From the NCBI GenBank assembly GCA_963675525.2, contig CAXXSL010000011.1, positions 448,001 through 512,000 of the forward strand: a stretch of DNA of 64,000 nt, given 5' to 3'. This document shows positions 21,019 through 31,086 of this stretch, in pieces. Both the position numbers and the translations under genes were made by a program. The stretch is from Anaerohalosphaeraceae bacterium. Lineage in GTDB: Bacteria > Planctomycetota > Phycisphaerae > Sedimentisphaerales > Anaerohalosphaeraceae. The notes beneath the pieces are model-generated. The model had not been told where the DNA came from and did not search any database. It saw nothing but the letters and a program-made list of their open reading frames with translations. Each line of letters begins with the position of its first letter. Position 1 is the first letter of the stretch.

Positions 21019-21663
21019 TTAGAATGAAAATTTCAATTCAAAGCCCGTCATAAACCGGTCATCCCAACCGGTGCTTTTCTTATCTTTCTGATGGAAAAAG
21101 AAAAAGTCCACATCCAGTGTTTCGTTCACATCCCAGACCAAACCGGCATAAATCCGGTTTCGATAATAGCCGAATTCCTCCATGATGTTAATCTCATCGG
21201 CCACATACGGCTGCAGCGGCAGGTCAAACAAATTAACCGGGATATCCACTTTCAGCCGATTGCGATACCGAAACAAGTCCTTTGAATTCTCAAAGTCGCG
21301 AAATTCCAGTCGGTTCCGGTCGGACCACTTCAGGCCAAACATTTTCTTCTTAACCGTCGCTTCAACATACGGACGATTTTCCCGCAGCCAATCATGCGAG
21401 GAATTTTTCTGCTGAACCTGCCGGAAGCCTAAACCAACATCCAGCCAGTCGGCGAATCCTTTATAGGTGAAGAGAACGTCATTTTCCTGCTCAAAATGCT
21501 CGCCATTGCGAAAATGAAATTCGTTGGTAATTTTCATTTTCCAATCATTATTGAGTTTGAAAGAAAAACTGACCTGGCCTCGATACTCCTGATTATCGTC
21601 CGTGGCATAGCACAACGAAGAGATAACCACGAATAGGAGAATACTTATTACATTCTTTCTCAT
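21019..21663 (-). CDS. DUF2490-like outer-membrane beta-barrel protein
   Basis: Signal peptide; 'ENRPY', 'DRNRLEFR', 'RYRNRL', 'PYVADE', 'RNRIYAG'; C-terminal Phe. Confidence 0.75.
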   Translation of the reverse strand: MRKNVISILLFVVISSLCYATDDNQEYRGQVSFSFKLNNDWKMKITNEFHFRNGEHFEQENDVLFTYKGFADWLDVGLGFRQVQQKNSSHDWLRENRPYVEATVKKKMFGLKWSDRNRLEFRDFENSKDLFRYRNRLKVDIPVNLFDLPLQPYVADEINIMEEFGYYRNRIYAGLVWDVNETLDVDFFFFHQKDKKSTGWDDRFMTGFELKFSF

Positions 21664-21673
21664 AACATTTCCT

Positions 21674-23230
21674 TTACACAGATATATTTTTTGTTGAGAG
21701 CACCGTTTTCAATACCGAATCGGCTTCGAGAGGAATCATAACAGTAAAGGTCGAACCTCTGCCGATCTCGCTTTCTACGCTTAGCGTTCCCCCCAGCAAT
21801 TCCACCAGTCGCTGGGTAATCGTCAGTCCCAATCCCGTTCCGCCGTATTTACGGGTACTGCTGCCGTCGGCCTGACTAAAAGCATCGAAGATAATGTCCA
21901 TCTCGTCTTTTTCGATTCCAATGCCGGAATCTTCCACTTCAAAGCAGAGATAATCTTTCCCTTCATGCAGTCTTGTCGAAACATTCAGGTATACATGACC
22001 CTGTTCCGTAAATTTGATCGCGTTATTGATCAGATTAATCAGACATTGACGGACTCGTAATCCATCCGTAATCAAATATTCCGGCAGCGGCTGAAATCGA
22101 TGTACTTTAAAATTAATCTGTTTTCGATTTGCAAGCGGACTCAATAAGGAGCTCGTGTAATTGAGAATTTCTTCAAGGGAACATTCTTCATATTCAATTT
22201 CAAATTTTCCCGCCTCAATTTTTGAAATATCTAAAATATCATTAATAATCTGGAGTAAACTCTTGGCAGATACATGGATCGTTGAGAGATATCTCTCTTG
22301 TTCGTCGGTTATTTCATCTTCTTTTAAAATTTCCGTAAAGCCAATGATCGAATTCATCGGGGTACGGATTTCATGACTCATATTGGCTAAAAATTCGCTT
22401 TTGGCAACATTTGCTTTCTCCGCTTCCCTGAGCGATTCCATCAGCGTCCGGTTCGTATTTTTCAACTCTTCTTCGGTCATCTGTATACGGTCCGCCATAG
22501 CATCGATACTGATAGCCAGTTTGCCGAAAACATCCCGAAAAGGAGAATTGATGCGGCAGGAAATATCACCTTCGCGAATGCTGTCGGCCGCAAAAACAAT
22601 CTGTCCCAACTGGTCATTGAGTGCCCGGTTTGTAAGTATCACAACACCCAACAAAAACGAAATCCCTGCAAATAGACTGCTATACATAATCCATCGGGAA
22701 CGGTTCAAATCACTCAGTAAGCTGGCAATTTCATTATCAATCGCTGTTTTTTGAGTACGATAATAATTTTCTGTTTCCGTCTTGGAGCAATTAAGAATTT
22801 CCTTCATTTCTACTAAAGCCTCTTGGGCATAATCCCTTGAAGGATCGTCAAAATAGGTGGCTTCGTATGCATAAAAGAGGGTCCGGCATTGCCGCTCATA
22901 CTTATTCATCGTATCACGAAAATCAGCAAGTTCTTCACTCGCGGAAACTTTCGGACCATTTAATAAGGCTCGAATCCTGTCCAAATGCTCCAAACAAAGA
23001 TTATCTTTTGATTTACTGTAGTAGTATCCAGTAAATTCCGCATGGGCTTGTGTCATATCCTGCGAAATCTCCGCAATAATATCCAATGCAAGAATATGGG
23101 ACTTGAGATTATCTTCAATATTTCCGTATATTTTCTGTATGGAGACATAGGACGTCAGCGCAATTAAAAACAGTGATGTTATAATCATCACAAACGATAT
23201 TCGAAATATTTTTGTAAATGAGTATTTCAT
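21674..23230 (-). CDS. Membrane sensor histidine kinase (periplasmic sensor, HAMP, HisKA, HATPase)
   Basis: FLANMSHEIRTPMN, NLINNAIKFT, DSGIGI, GGTGLGL; two TM helices. Confidence 0.93.
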   Translation of the reverse strand: MKYSFTKIFRISFVMIITSLFLIALTSYVSIQKIYGNIEDNLKSHILALDIIAEISQDMTQAHAEFTGYYYSKSKDNLCLEHLDRIRALLNGPKVSASEELADFRDTMNKYERQCRTLFYAYEATYFDDPSRDYAQEALVEMKEILNCSKTETENYYRTQKTAIDNEIASLLSDLNRSRWIMYSSLFAGISFLLGVVILTNRALNDQLGQIVFAADSIREGDISCRINSPFRDVFGKLAISIDAMADRIQMTEEELKNTNRTLMESLREAEKANVAKSEFLANMSHEIRTPMNSIIGFTEILKEDEITDEQERYLSTIHVSAKSLLQIINDILDISKIEAGKFEIEYEECSLEEILNYTSSLLSPLANRKQINFKVHRFQPLPEYLITDGLRVRQCLINLINNAIKFTEQGHVYLNVSTRLHEGKDYLCFEVEDSGIGIEKDEMDIIFDAFSQADGSSTRKYGGTGLGLTITQRLVELLGGTLSVESEIGRGSTFTVMIPLEADSVLKTVLSTKNISV

Positions 23231-23260
23231 ACTTCTGGCGGAAATAATCCCATTAACATT

Positions 23261-24292
23261 CTATTGAATAATCAACGTTAAGGCATCAAATACATTTCCT
23301 GTTTTGTACAGCGGCTGGAACCATTTATCACTCACCTCAGGAATTCCTGCCATCTCATATAAAGAGGCACCGAATACATATGACTGTCCAATGGAAAGAG
23401 CAATATCGTCTTCGTGTCCGGTATTTAATTTCCTCCCGATCTCAATGGTCCATTGCCCATCCGCCCAGCAGCCTTTGCCACGAATATCGGCCCGGCTGCC
23501 TTCCGGCTCTCTCAGGTAATATTTCAGGATAAAATCACCGTGATACTCGAAGAACATTTGCTCCTCGTAGGCACTTTTTCCCGCATCGCCTTTGCGCAAA
23601 AGATACAGTGTCCCATATTTATCGGACTTGACGGGTGTTGTTCCTTCTGCTTGCTCTGTTGTCATTTCCTGGCGTTTATCATCCAGATAGCCGTTGGGGT
23701 TCGTCCGACGAGCCTTCCAAAACCAGATGTCCGCCGTATGCGGTTCAACAAGGTCCGGCGAAAAACTGATCGAGTCTCCGCTCATTTTCCATTTCAATAT
23801 AAACATGTCTTCACGGTCACTGCCCGGTTTGTAAACTTGCTCTTGCTTATCCCAGATCCAGCTTTTATGTGTTTCGGACGGAGCCGCATCCGAATACTGC
23901 ACCAGAAAATAAATCATGTCGTTGGTATGAACACTTCGCAATTCGATCGGACGCTGAGAAGTGAAATCAAGCGTGGTTACCGGCGCCACTGTTTCCCATA
24001 ATGCGTCGTCGGCCACACCATCAATCACCGGTGCTTCTTCTGAAAACGAGCAAATAACATCGATCTCCTGCGGCGAACGCTTAGGAGCGACGTACGCAGT
24101 GTATTCGTTCTCCTGCATCACAGGAGCCTTAATCGATCGGGTTCGCGCCAATTCAACCGTGACAATTGATTCCGGGTTTGTCTGCTCGATAATCGGGGAG
24201 GCATTCGCTGACGCTGGTTTTTTCTTGCATCCTGAAACCAAAACAACCATCAGAGTAACGATTAAAATCGTTTCAAAGTATTTGTTTCGCAT
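23261..24292 (-). CDS. Ethylbenzene dehydrogenase gamma-like (EB_dh/DOMON) lipoprotein
   Basis: Lipobox VSGC; 'APVIDG..DALW', 'IYFLVQYSD', 'EDMFILKW', 'ADIWFWKARRTNP.GYLDD', 'W.DGQWTIEI.RKLNTG'. Confidence 0.78.
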   Translation of the reverse strand: MRNKYFETILIVTLMVVLVSGCKKKPASANASPIIEQTNPESIVTVELARTRSIKAPVMQENEYTAYVAPKRSPQEIDVICSFSEEAPVIDGVADDALWETVAPVTTLDFTSQRPIELRSVHTNDMIYFLVQYSDAAPSETHKSWIWDKQEQVYKPGSDREDMFILKWKMSGDSISFSPDLVEPHTADIWFWKARRTNPNGYLDDKRQEMTTEQAEGTTPVKSDKYGTLYLLRKGDAGKSAYEEQMFFEYHGDFILKYYLREPEGSRADIRGKGCWADGQWTIEIGRKLNTGHEDDIALSIGQSYVFGASLYEMAGIPEVSDKWFQPLYKTGNVFDALTLIIQ

Positions 24293-24367
24293 GGCCCTCT
24301 ACTTTCAAAGGTTACAATTTTTCTGTTTTTGTAGAAACATTCAAAAGAGTTAAACATTATATGTAAT

Positions 24368-24393
24368 TTCGACATAAGAACTGACCCACTTAA
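24368..24393 (-). promoter_or_regulatory. Sigma28-like promoter upstream of the EB_dh-HK-porin operon
   Basis: TTAAG-N15-GTCGAA. Confidence 0.5.
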
Positions 24394-24551
24394 AATAATA
24401 GCACCGTTTTGTCTGGAAAACCACGGATTCAATTGTAAATCTATTTAATAAAAAGAGTTATGTTTTCATGTATCTGGGTAGGAATTAAATAATCCAAAAC
24501 AATGAATAGCTATCGGACGTAAAATAAGCGGACGGCTGAACCTGATATTAT

Positions 24552-24585
24552 AAAAGCCCGCAAGGGGAAAACAACCTTGCGGGCC
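24552..24585 (-). terminator. Intrinsic terminator after glgP
   Basis: GCCCGCAAGG...CCTTGCGGGC with a T-tract on the minus strand. Confidence 0.7.
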
Positions 24586-24608
24586 TGACGTTTATCGTGT
24601 GGCTCTTT

Positions 24609-27267
24609 TTAATCCGTTGACTCCCAGAGGATCATACCCGGTTCGTAAGCCTCCACCAAATCCTGATGACGCGGCAGAACCCGCAATGCAAATCCATGGC
24701 GTCCAGAAACCCGGCATGGGATAATTCCTTCAAATACCGCCACCCGATCCACATCCACAGAAACCGTCAACATATTTCATCTCTGCAGCCTGTCCATCTT
24801 CAATCTTTCCGGTTGAATCCACCCTGCCGTGATATATCTGAACAGACACGTCTTCAGGATTCAGACGCCCCAGATGGATTTGCCCTTCAATACGGACTTC
24901 CGAACCGACCTTCAGTTCCGGCTGATCGTTGTCCCAGCCGTCAAAGGCCTCTCCCTCAACATTCTGAATCGCGACATTGCGAATTTCCAGATCGGACCAA
25001 GCCTGACGCGTAACGTTTTTCCACTCAGAAAGGGATTTGACACGTTTCATGTCATCAACCGTCAATTCTTCCCACTTAACGTCAGCGGTATGGTAGAATT
25101 TGCGCGTGTACTCAGCCACCATGCGATTCGTATTGAATCGCGGCGCACACCATTTCACCGTATTTTTCATCCGGCGGATCCAGCGGCGCGGCAGCCGGTC
25201 CTTGGCGCGGCTGAAGTACAAGGGGACAACCTCTTGTTCCAGCAGATTATAAATGGCCTGTGATTCAACCTGATCCTGATAGGACAGGTCATCATATTCC
25301 TCTCCAGCCCCGATGATCCAGCCGCCGTCGGGAATATATCCCTCGCACCACCAGCCGTCCAGCGTACTCATATTCAGAACGCCGTTGATTGCAGCCTTCA
25401 TACCACTGGTCCCGCTGGCTTCCATCGGGCGTCGCGGGTTGTTCATCCAGACATCAACGCCCTGCACCATATACCGGGCAATATCAATATCATAATCCTC
25501 AAGGAAAATCAGCCGGCGGCGGATTTCAGGATTTTCGGCGGCAAAATGCACGAGCTGACGAATAATCTCTTTTCCGGCGGTATCGCGCGGATGAGCTTTG
25601 CCGGCAAAAATGAATTGTACCGGTGTTTCCGTATTATTGAGCAGCTTAATCAACCGTTCGGGGCTCCCGGAGTAAAAGATTGCCGCGTTTATAGGTGGCA
25701 AACCGACGGGCAAAACCGATGGTCAGTGCCTCGGGGTCCAGAACCTCTTCGGCCCAGCTTAATTCCGTATGGAAGGCGCCGCGGCGCTGAAGCTGACGTT
25801 TCAGCCGGGCACGTGCAAAGCCGACCAGTCGCTCCTTGCATCGTTGGTGAATCCGCCATATTTCTTCGTCCGGAACCTGGTCCAGATTGTGCCAGATGGA
25901 CTTATCCACCGCTTCATCGGCCCATCGGGATCCCAGATAACGTTCGAACAGCGAATTCAGTTCCGGACTCAGCCATGTCTTGGCATGAATTCCGTTGGTA
26001 ATGGAATTGATCGGCACTTCACTGACCGGCAGTTCCGGCCACATGCCCGACCAGATCGTCCGTGAAACATCCCCATGCAACTGGCTGACACCATTTCGAT
26101 ACGCACTTGTCCGAAATGGCCAGTACCGGCATTTTGAAGCTCTCACGGTCATCTTTCGGATGAAGACGGCCCAACGCCAGGAATTGCTCGCGATTGATAC
26201 CCAGCTTGCCGAAGTAATGCGAAAAATACTTATCCATCATCTCGACGGGGAATTCATCATTCCCGGCCGCGACGGGCGTATGAACGGTAAAGACATTGCT
26301 GGCTTTACCCATTTCGAAGGCCTCTTCAAAAGCTCAAATTGTAACGGTTTCGCAGTTTGCGAACACGCTCCAGTGCCATGAACGCGGCATGTCCCTCGTT
26401 CATGTGGCAAACCGTCGGCTCAAGGTCCATCGCAAACAACGCTTTGAGACCACCGATCCCCAAAACGATTTCCTGGCAGATCCGCATCTCTGCTTCACCG
26501 CCGTACAGTGTCTGGGTGATCGTACGGTCAAATAGTGAATTCGCAGGGATATTGGTGTCGAGCAAATATAACACCGTACGTCCAACCTGAACCTTCCAAA
26601 TCTGGATCTGAACCGTTCTGTCCGGGAACTGAACGCTAATCGTCAGCGGATGACCGTTTTCCTTACGCACTAATTCCAGCGGCATATTGTGGAAATCATT
26701 TTCCAGGTAGTGTTCCTGCTGCCAGCCATCCGTGTTGAGATACTGGCGGAAATAGCCGTTTTGATACAGCAAGCCAACACCCACCAGCGGAATCCCCAGA
26801 TCCGAAGCGCTCTTGAGGTGATCACCGGCAAGAATTCCCAACCCGCCCGAATAAATCGGCAGTGATTCGTGGATTCCAAATTCCGCGCTGAAATAAGCGA
26901 TCCGGGTTTGCTGCCCTTCACGGGCATAGATCTTGTTATACCAGGAAGGAGAACTCAGCGTCTCTTCAAGTTTTTCACGGGCCTGCTTAAGCTGATAAAC
27001 AAAGCCCTCGTTTCGGGCCAGGTCCTCCAGGCGAGCCTGAGAAACCATGCCCAGCATTTTCACGGGATTATGTGAACACTGCTTCCAGAGATCATAATCA
27101 ATGCGGCGAAAGATTTCCGCGATCTCATCGTGCCATGACCAATACAAATTGTTTGCTACTATCCGTAAATCCCCCAGTGCCTCGGGCAATGAGGGCTTTA
27201 CCGTAAAGGTACGAACGGTCTTCATATGTGATTTGTCCTTGCTTGCTGTCTTCGTTTTTAAAGCCAT
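24609..27267 (-). CDS. glgP: Alpha-glucan (glycogen) phosphorylase, broken by four +1 homopolymer frameshifts
   Basis: YFSAEFG, YSGGLGILAGDHLKS, HMNEGH, NGVSQLHG, GFARRFATYKR, EASGTSGMKAA, LDGWW. Shifts at ~26330, ~26113, ~25662 and ~24762; the restored C-terminus ends ...EPGMILWESTD* at 24609. Confidence 0.95.
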
Positions 27268-27346
27268 CGATTTTTATCCTCCGTAATTGTACGGGCACTG
27301 GTTGTCAATACAGTCTCTTCTGACACAATATTCCATCTGTCAGTTC

Positions 27347-27372
27347 TTCGACCTATGCAGTCATCATCTTAA
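27347..27372 (-). promoter_or_regulatory. Sigma28-like promoter upstream of glgP
   Basis: TTAAG-N15-GTCGAA, boxes identical to 24368-24393. Confidence 0.5.
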
Positions 27373-27522
27373 CAGAAAAAGTAAAAGGAGTCCTTTCTGC
27401 GTTCAAGGGGCCTTTTTATCGCCCCTGAACATATTCTGTAATTTGAAAGCCCTATAATCTTTATCTTTCAATCCTTAACGAGCAATCTGAAATAAAATCC
27501 GGGAAAAATGGGGGCTTCAAAC

Positions 27523-28491
27523 TCATCGGCGTGTTCCTCCCGAGGAATTGTCAACCGCGTCTAACAGACGGTCCTCATCGGCATCAGAGGGTATGGACAT
27601 CAGGTCTTCTACCGAATAGGCCTGCACCCGGGACTTCTGAAGCAGCCCGCTTCGAGTCCCAACCGTGATCACCTGTCCTTCAACGGCTAATATCAGTTTC
27701 GTTTGGGCTCTCGATGATAAACTATGCAGAATGACCTCAAGAGCCTTACGAAGTTTCATTCTTCCGAATCCGCCAACGCCGACCGGCATATCTTTTTGCA
27801 GCATGGCATTGGCCATGAGGTCATTCCAGAGAATCACAAACGGCAGCCGCGGCCGAACGGAATCGGCGAGAATATCCAGCGCCTCCTCAACCGTGGTATC
27901 TTCATTGATAGCCGAAACATCCACGACTGTTTCCAATAAACTTTGCAGAGTCACAACCTGCCTTCGTCTTGGCGGCACCGGCGATTGGCTGGAGGTTGGC
28001 TTTGTATATCGGAATGCCGGTCTCCGTGCTGATCGTTCAGGAGCCTTAGTGGGCAGCGGTTTTTCCTGTATTTGACTGATTGGCAATGCAATCTTTTGCC
28101 GAATCAATTCGCCGCTTAAGTCGCGGGTATCAACGTTGACATCCGCGACCAGCCGAAAGTAATTTCGGAACTGAACATTCTCAAGTGTCAGGTGATCGGC
28201 ATTTTTCAGCCGCTCGGACAAATATTCCGTCGCGTCACCTTTGGATATCTGAGGATTCAAGGTGACATTTCGAATCTGAACTTTGAACCTGGCGTGTTTG
28301 GAGTAAGCGTAATCCTTTAAACGGCATTCGAATTGCGAAAATGAAGTAATCTTCAGTACCTCGGAAACTTCATAAGAGGTTTCTGAAGAGAAAGCGTCCG
28401 TGCAGAAAAAAAACACCACCACCCCCGCCGCCAATAAAACTCGGCGCACCGCCCGTTTGCCAATCATGTCTAATATTTGCTCAAACATCAT
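27523..28491 (-). CDS. Exported hypothetical protein: degenerate SNase-like domain + secretin N-terminal (STN)-like domain
   Basis: 'EYLSERLKNADHLTLENVQFRNYFRLVADVNVD...LSGELI' is thermonuclease-like; 'FVILWNDL...LRKALEVIL...VEGQVITVGT...YSVEDL' is planctomycete STN-like. Confidence 0.55.
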   Translation of the reverse strand: MMFEQILDMIGKRAVRRVLLAAGVVVFFFCTDAFSSETSYEVSEVLKITSFSQFECRLKDYAYSKHARFKVQIRNVTLNPQISKGDATEYLSERLKNADHLTLENVQFRNYFRLVADVNVDTRDLSGELIRQKIALPISQIQEKPLPTKAPERSARRPAFRYTKPTSSQSPVPPRRRQVVTLQSLLETVVDVSAINEDTTVEEALDILADSVRPRLPFVILWNDLMANAMLQKDMPVGVGGFGRMKLRKALEVILHSLSSRAQTKLILAVEGQVITVGTRSGLLQKSRVQAYSVEDLMSIPSDADEDRLLDAVDNSSGGTRR

Positions 28492-28843
28492 GTTTGATTA
28501 TCACCTAAATAGTCCTGCTTTCCAAAAATCACTGCTCTAATTCTACGGATGAAACACAAATGTGGAACAAAAAAATGTCTCGATTTTCGGCTTTCTGTTA
28601 TTCCCCAGCCGACAATTTTGACCCAGAACGGCCTTATGAAATCACGGTTTCTCTACATTCAGAAAAAGTTCTCGGCCCCAATTTCAGGGTTTTTCTTGTC
28701 CACAAAAACACTAAAAACACGAAATCCTTTATTTTAAGCACTTTTTTCTACATGACTACTTGCGATTGGGTCCGGATTTTAGTAAACTCTGGGCTTTTCT
28801 GAAGACGCGGCGAAATGGATAACATAATTGGAGGTTAATCATT

Positions 28844-30880
28844 GTGGCAGATCTTAAGGACATTCGTAATATCGTGCTGTTAGGGCACGGTAACTCAGGT
28901 AAGACATCGTTAGCAGAAGCCATTCTTCATACGACCGGGGCCATTAACCGGCTCGGCAGCATTGATGAGAAAAACACGGTCAGCGATTACGACGATGAGG
29001 AAAAGGAACGCGGCAATTCGATTCATTCATCGTTGATGCACGTTACTTACAACAACAAACTCATCAATATCGTTGACACCCCCGGTTACCCTGACTTTGT
29101 CGGTCCGGCCCTGCTTTCCATCCCCGCCGCCGAGACAGCCGTGATCGTCATCAACGCGGCCTCCGGCATCGAGATGAACACCCGCAAGCTGTTTCAGGCC
29201 GCCACCAATACCGGTAAGGCTCGCGTGATCGTCATCAATAAAATGGATTCGGATAATGTCGATCTGACCGAACTGGTCGAACAAATTCGCGAAACCTTCG
29301 GCAGCCAATGCCGCTGTGCGAACGTACCGAATATGGATAAATCTGCTATCATTGACTGTATCGTCAATACGTCGGGCGATTCATCCGTCCGCGACGTTGC
29401 TGAGGCCCACACCAATATTCTGGAAAGCGTGATCGAGGCCGATGATGCAATGATGGAGGCCTATCTGGGCGGCGAAACAATTTCGCCCGAACAGGTGGCC
29501 AGCGTCTTTGTCAAGGCCTTGCGTCAGGGCACCGTCATCCCAATCGTCTTTACCAATGCACGCAAAGAGATCGGTATTAAAGAACTGCTCGATCTGATCA
29601 CCAAAGAAACACCGTCTCCGGCCGATGCCGGCGAGGCAATTCTCAAAGACGGCGAAACCGAAACCCCGGTAAAAGCGGACCCGAACGGCCCGCTGGCCGG
29701 ACTGGTATTTCGCGTCGGCTATGACCCGCGGTCAAATATGAAATATGCCTCCATTCGCATTTTCAGCGGTTCGATAGATTCCGGCTCGCAACTGCATATC
29801 AATGACGCCAAAAAAGGCGTCCGGATCGGGCACCCAATGAAATTGCAGGGCGCCGATAGCAGCGACGTCGATAAAGGCACCTGCGGCGACATTATCACGC
29901 TTGCCAAGATCGATGAGCTCAAGCCCGGCGACCTGGTCCATGACGGCAGCATGACCGGCAAGTTTATGATGCCTGCCGTACCCAGGCCGATGTTCGGACT
30001 GGCCCTGGAACCAGCCGCACGCGGCGAGGAAAACAAAATCAGCGCCGCCCTGGACAAACTCACTGACGAGGACCCCTGTTTTTCCGTCTCCCACGATGCA
30101 CAGACCAAGGAACTGGTCATCAGTGGCTTGGGCGACCTGCACCTGCGTGTGATGCTGTCCAAGCTGGAAAATCGCTACAAAGTGCATGTCAACACCAAGC
30201 CCCCGAAGATCCCCTATCGTGAAACCATTACCGGCAAGGCCGAAGGCCACTACCGCCACAAGAAACAGTCCGGCGGCGCCGGCCAGTTCGGAGAGTGCTA
30301 TATCCGCATCGAACCGGCCGAACGCGATTCCGATCCGTCCCTGATTTACAGTTGGGACATTTTCGGCGGCTCGATTCCCGGCCAGTACGAGCCGGCTATT
30401 CTCAAAGGCATCAACGACATCATGGACAGCGGATTTCTGGCCGGTTACCCCATGCAGGACGTTAAAGTATCGGTCTATGACGGCAAATATCACCCGGTTG
30501 ACTCCAAGGAAGTGGCCTTCCGCGCCGCCGGCAAAGGCGCCTTTATCGATGCACTGGAAAAGGCCAAACCCGTGCTGCTGGAACCGATCGTCAATATCGA
30601 GATCACCATCCCGGCCGAAAACATGGGCGACATCACCGGCGACCTCGCATCCCGTCGCGGCCGCGTCAGCGGACAGGACATGCTGCCCGGTAACATGATG
30701 GTCATCAAGGCGCAGGTACCGTTGAGCGAAGTGTCCAACTATAACAGCCAGCTCAAGAGCGTCACGGGCGGTCAGGGCAGCTACTCAATGGAACTGAGCC
30801 ACTATGAGCCGACCGCACCCAATATCCAGATGCAGGTGATCGAACAGTACAAGAAAGAAAAAGCGGCTGAACACGAATAA
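28844..30880 (+). CDS. fusA: Elongation factor G paralogue (EF-G2 type)
   Basis: GHGNSGKT, DTPGYPDF, NKMD, KKQSGGAGQFG, DGKYHPVDS; not in a str operon; switch I reads RGNSI. Confidence 0.9.
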   Translation: MADLKDIRNIVLLGHGNSGKTSLAEAILHTTGAINRLGSIDEKNTVSDYDDEEKERGNSIHSSLMHVTYNNKLINIVDTPGYPDFVGPALLSIPAAETAVIVINAASGIEMNTRKLFQAATNTGKARVIVINKMDSDNVDLTELVEQIRETFGSQCRCANVPNMDKSAIIDCIVNTSGDSSVRDVAEAHTNILESVIEADDAMMEAYLGGETISPEQVASVFVKALRQGTVIPIVFTNARKEIGIKELLDLITKETPSPADAGEAILKDGETETPVKADPNGPLAGLVFRVGYDPRSNMKYASIRIFSGSIDSGSQLHINDAKKGVRIGHPMKLQGADSSDVDKGTCGDIITLAKIDELKPGDLVHDGSMTGKFMMPAVPRPMFGLALEPAARGEENKISAALDKLTDEDPCFSVSHDAQTKELVISGLGDLHLRVMLSKLENRYKVHVNTKPPKIPYRETITGKAEGHYRHKKQSGGAGQFGECYIRIEPAERDSDPSLIYSWDIFGGSIPGQYEPAILKGINDIMDSGFLAGYPMQDVKVSVYDGKYHPVDSKEVAFRAAGKGAFIDALEKAKPVLLEPIVNIEITIPAENMGDITGDLASRRGRVSGQDMLPGNMMVIKAQVPLSEVSNYNSQLKSVTGGQGSYSMELSHYEPTAPNIQMQVIEQYKKEKAAEHE

Positions 30881-30898
30881 CCCCCTTTGAAGCAATCC

Positions 30899-30934
30899 AA
30901 AAGCCCGGTCTGTCAAACAGCCCGGGCTTTTTTT
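30899..30934 (+). terminator. Intrinsic terminator
   Basis: AAAAGCCCGG...CCGGGCTTTTTTT. Confidence 0.8.
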
Positions 30935-30983
30935 ATCGTAAAAATACTGAAACACTTCAAGACTTTCCGCATCTTATTAAATG

Positions 30984-31012
30984 TTGACGCATTGAAACGA
31001 ATGGGGTATGTT
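30984..31012 (+). promoter_or_regulatory. Sigma70 promoter for the lemA operon
   Basis: TTGACG-17 bp-TATGTT. Confidence 0.5.
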
Positions 31013-31026
31013 TTTAGCAGAATTAT

Positions 31027-31051
31027 GGATTCCCGCCTTCGCGGGAATGAC
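31027..31051. repeat. REP-like palindrome (ATTCCC-N8-GGGAAT; GTCAT-type on the minus strand)
   Basis: GGATTCCCGCCTTCGCGGGAATGAC. Confidence 0.7.
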
Positions 31052-31086
31052 AATAACGCGACTTAATGCGTCAAAAGGAGATTTCT

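Noticed and set aside
24609..27267. glgP as a decayed pseudogene or phase-variable gene
   Set aside because: All four breaks are +1 insertions in 3-4 nt runs, and all catalytic motifs are intact once corrected. The runs are too short for typical phase variation.
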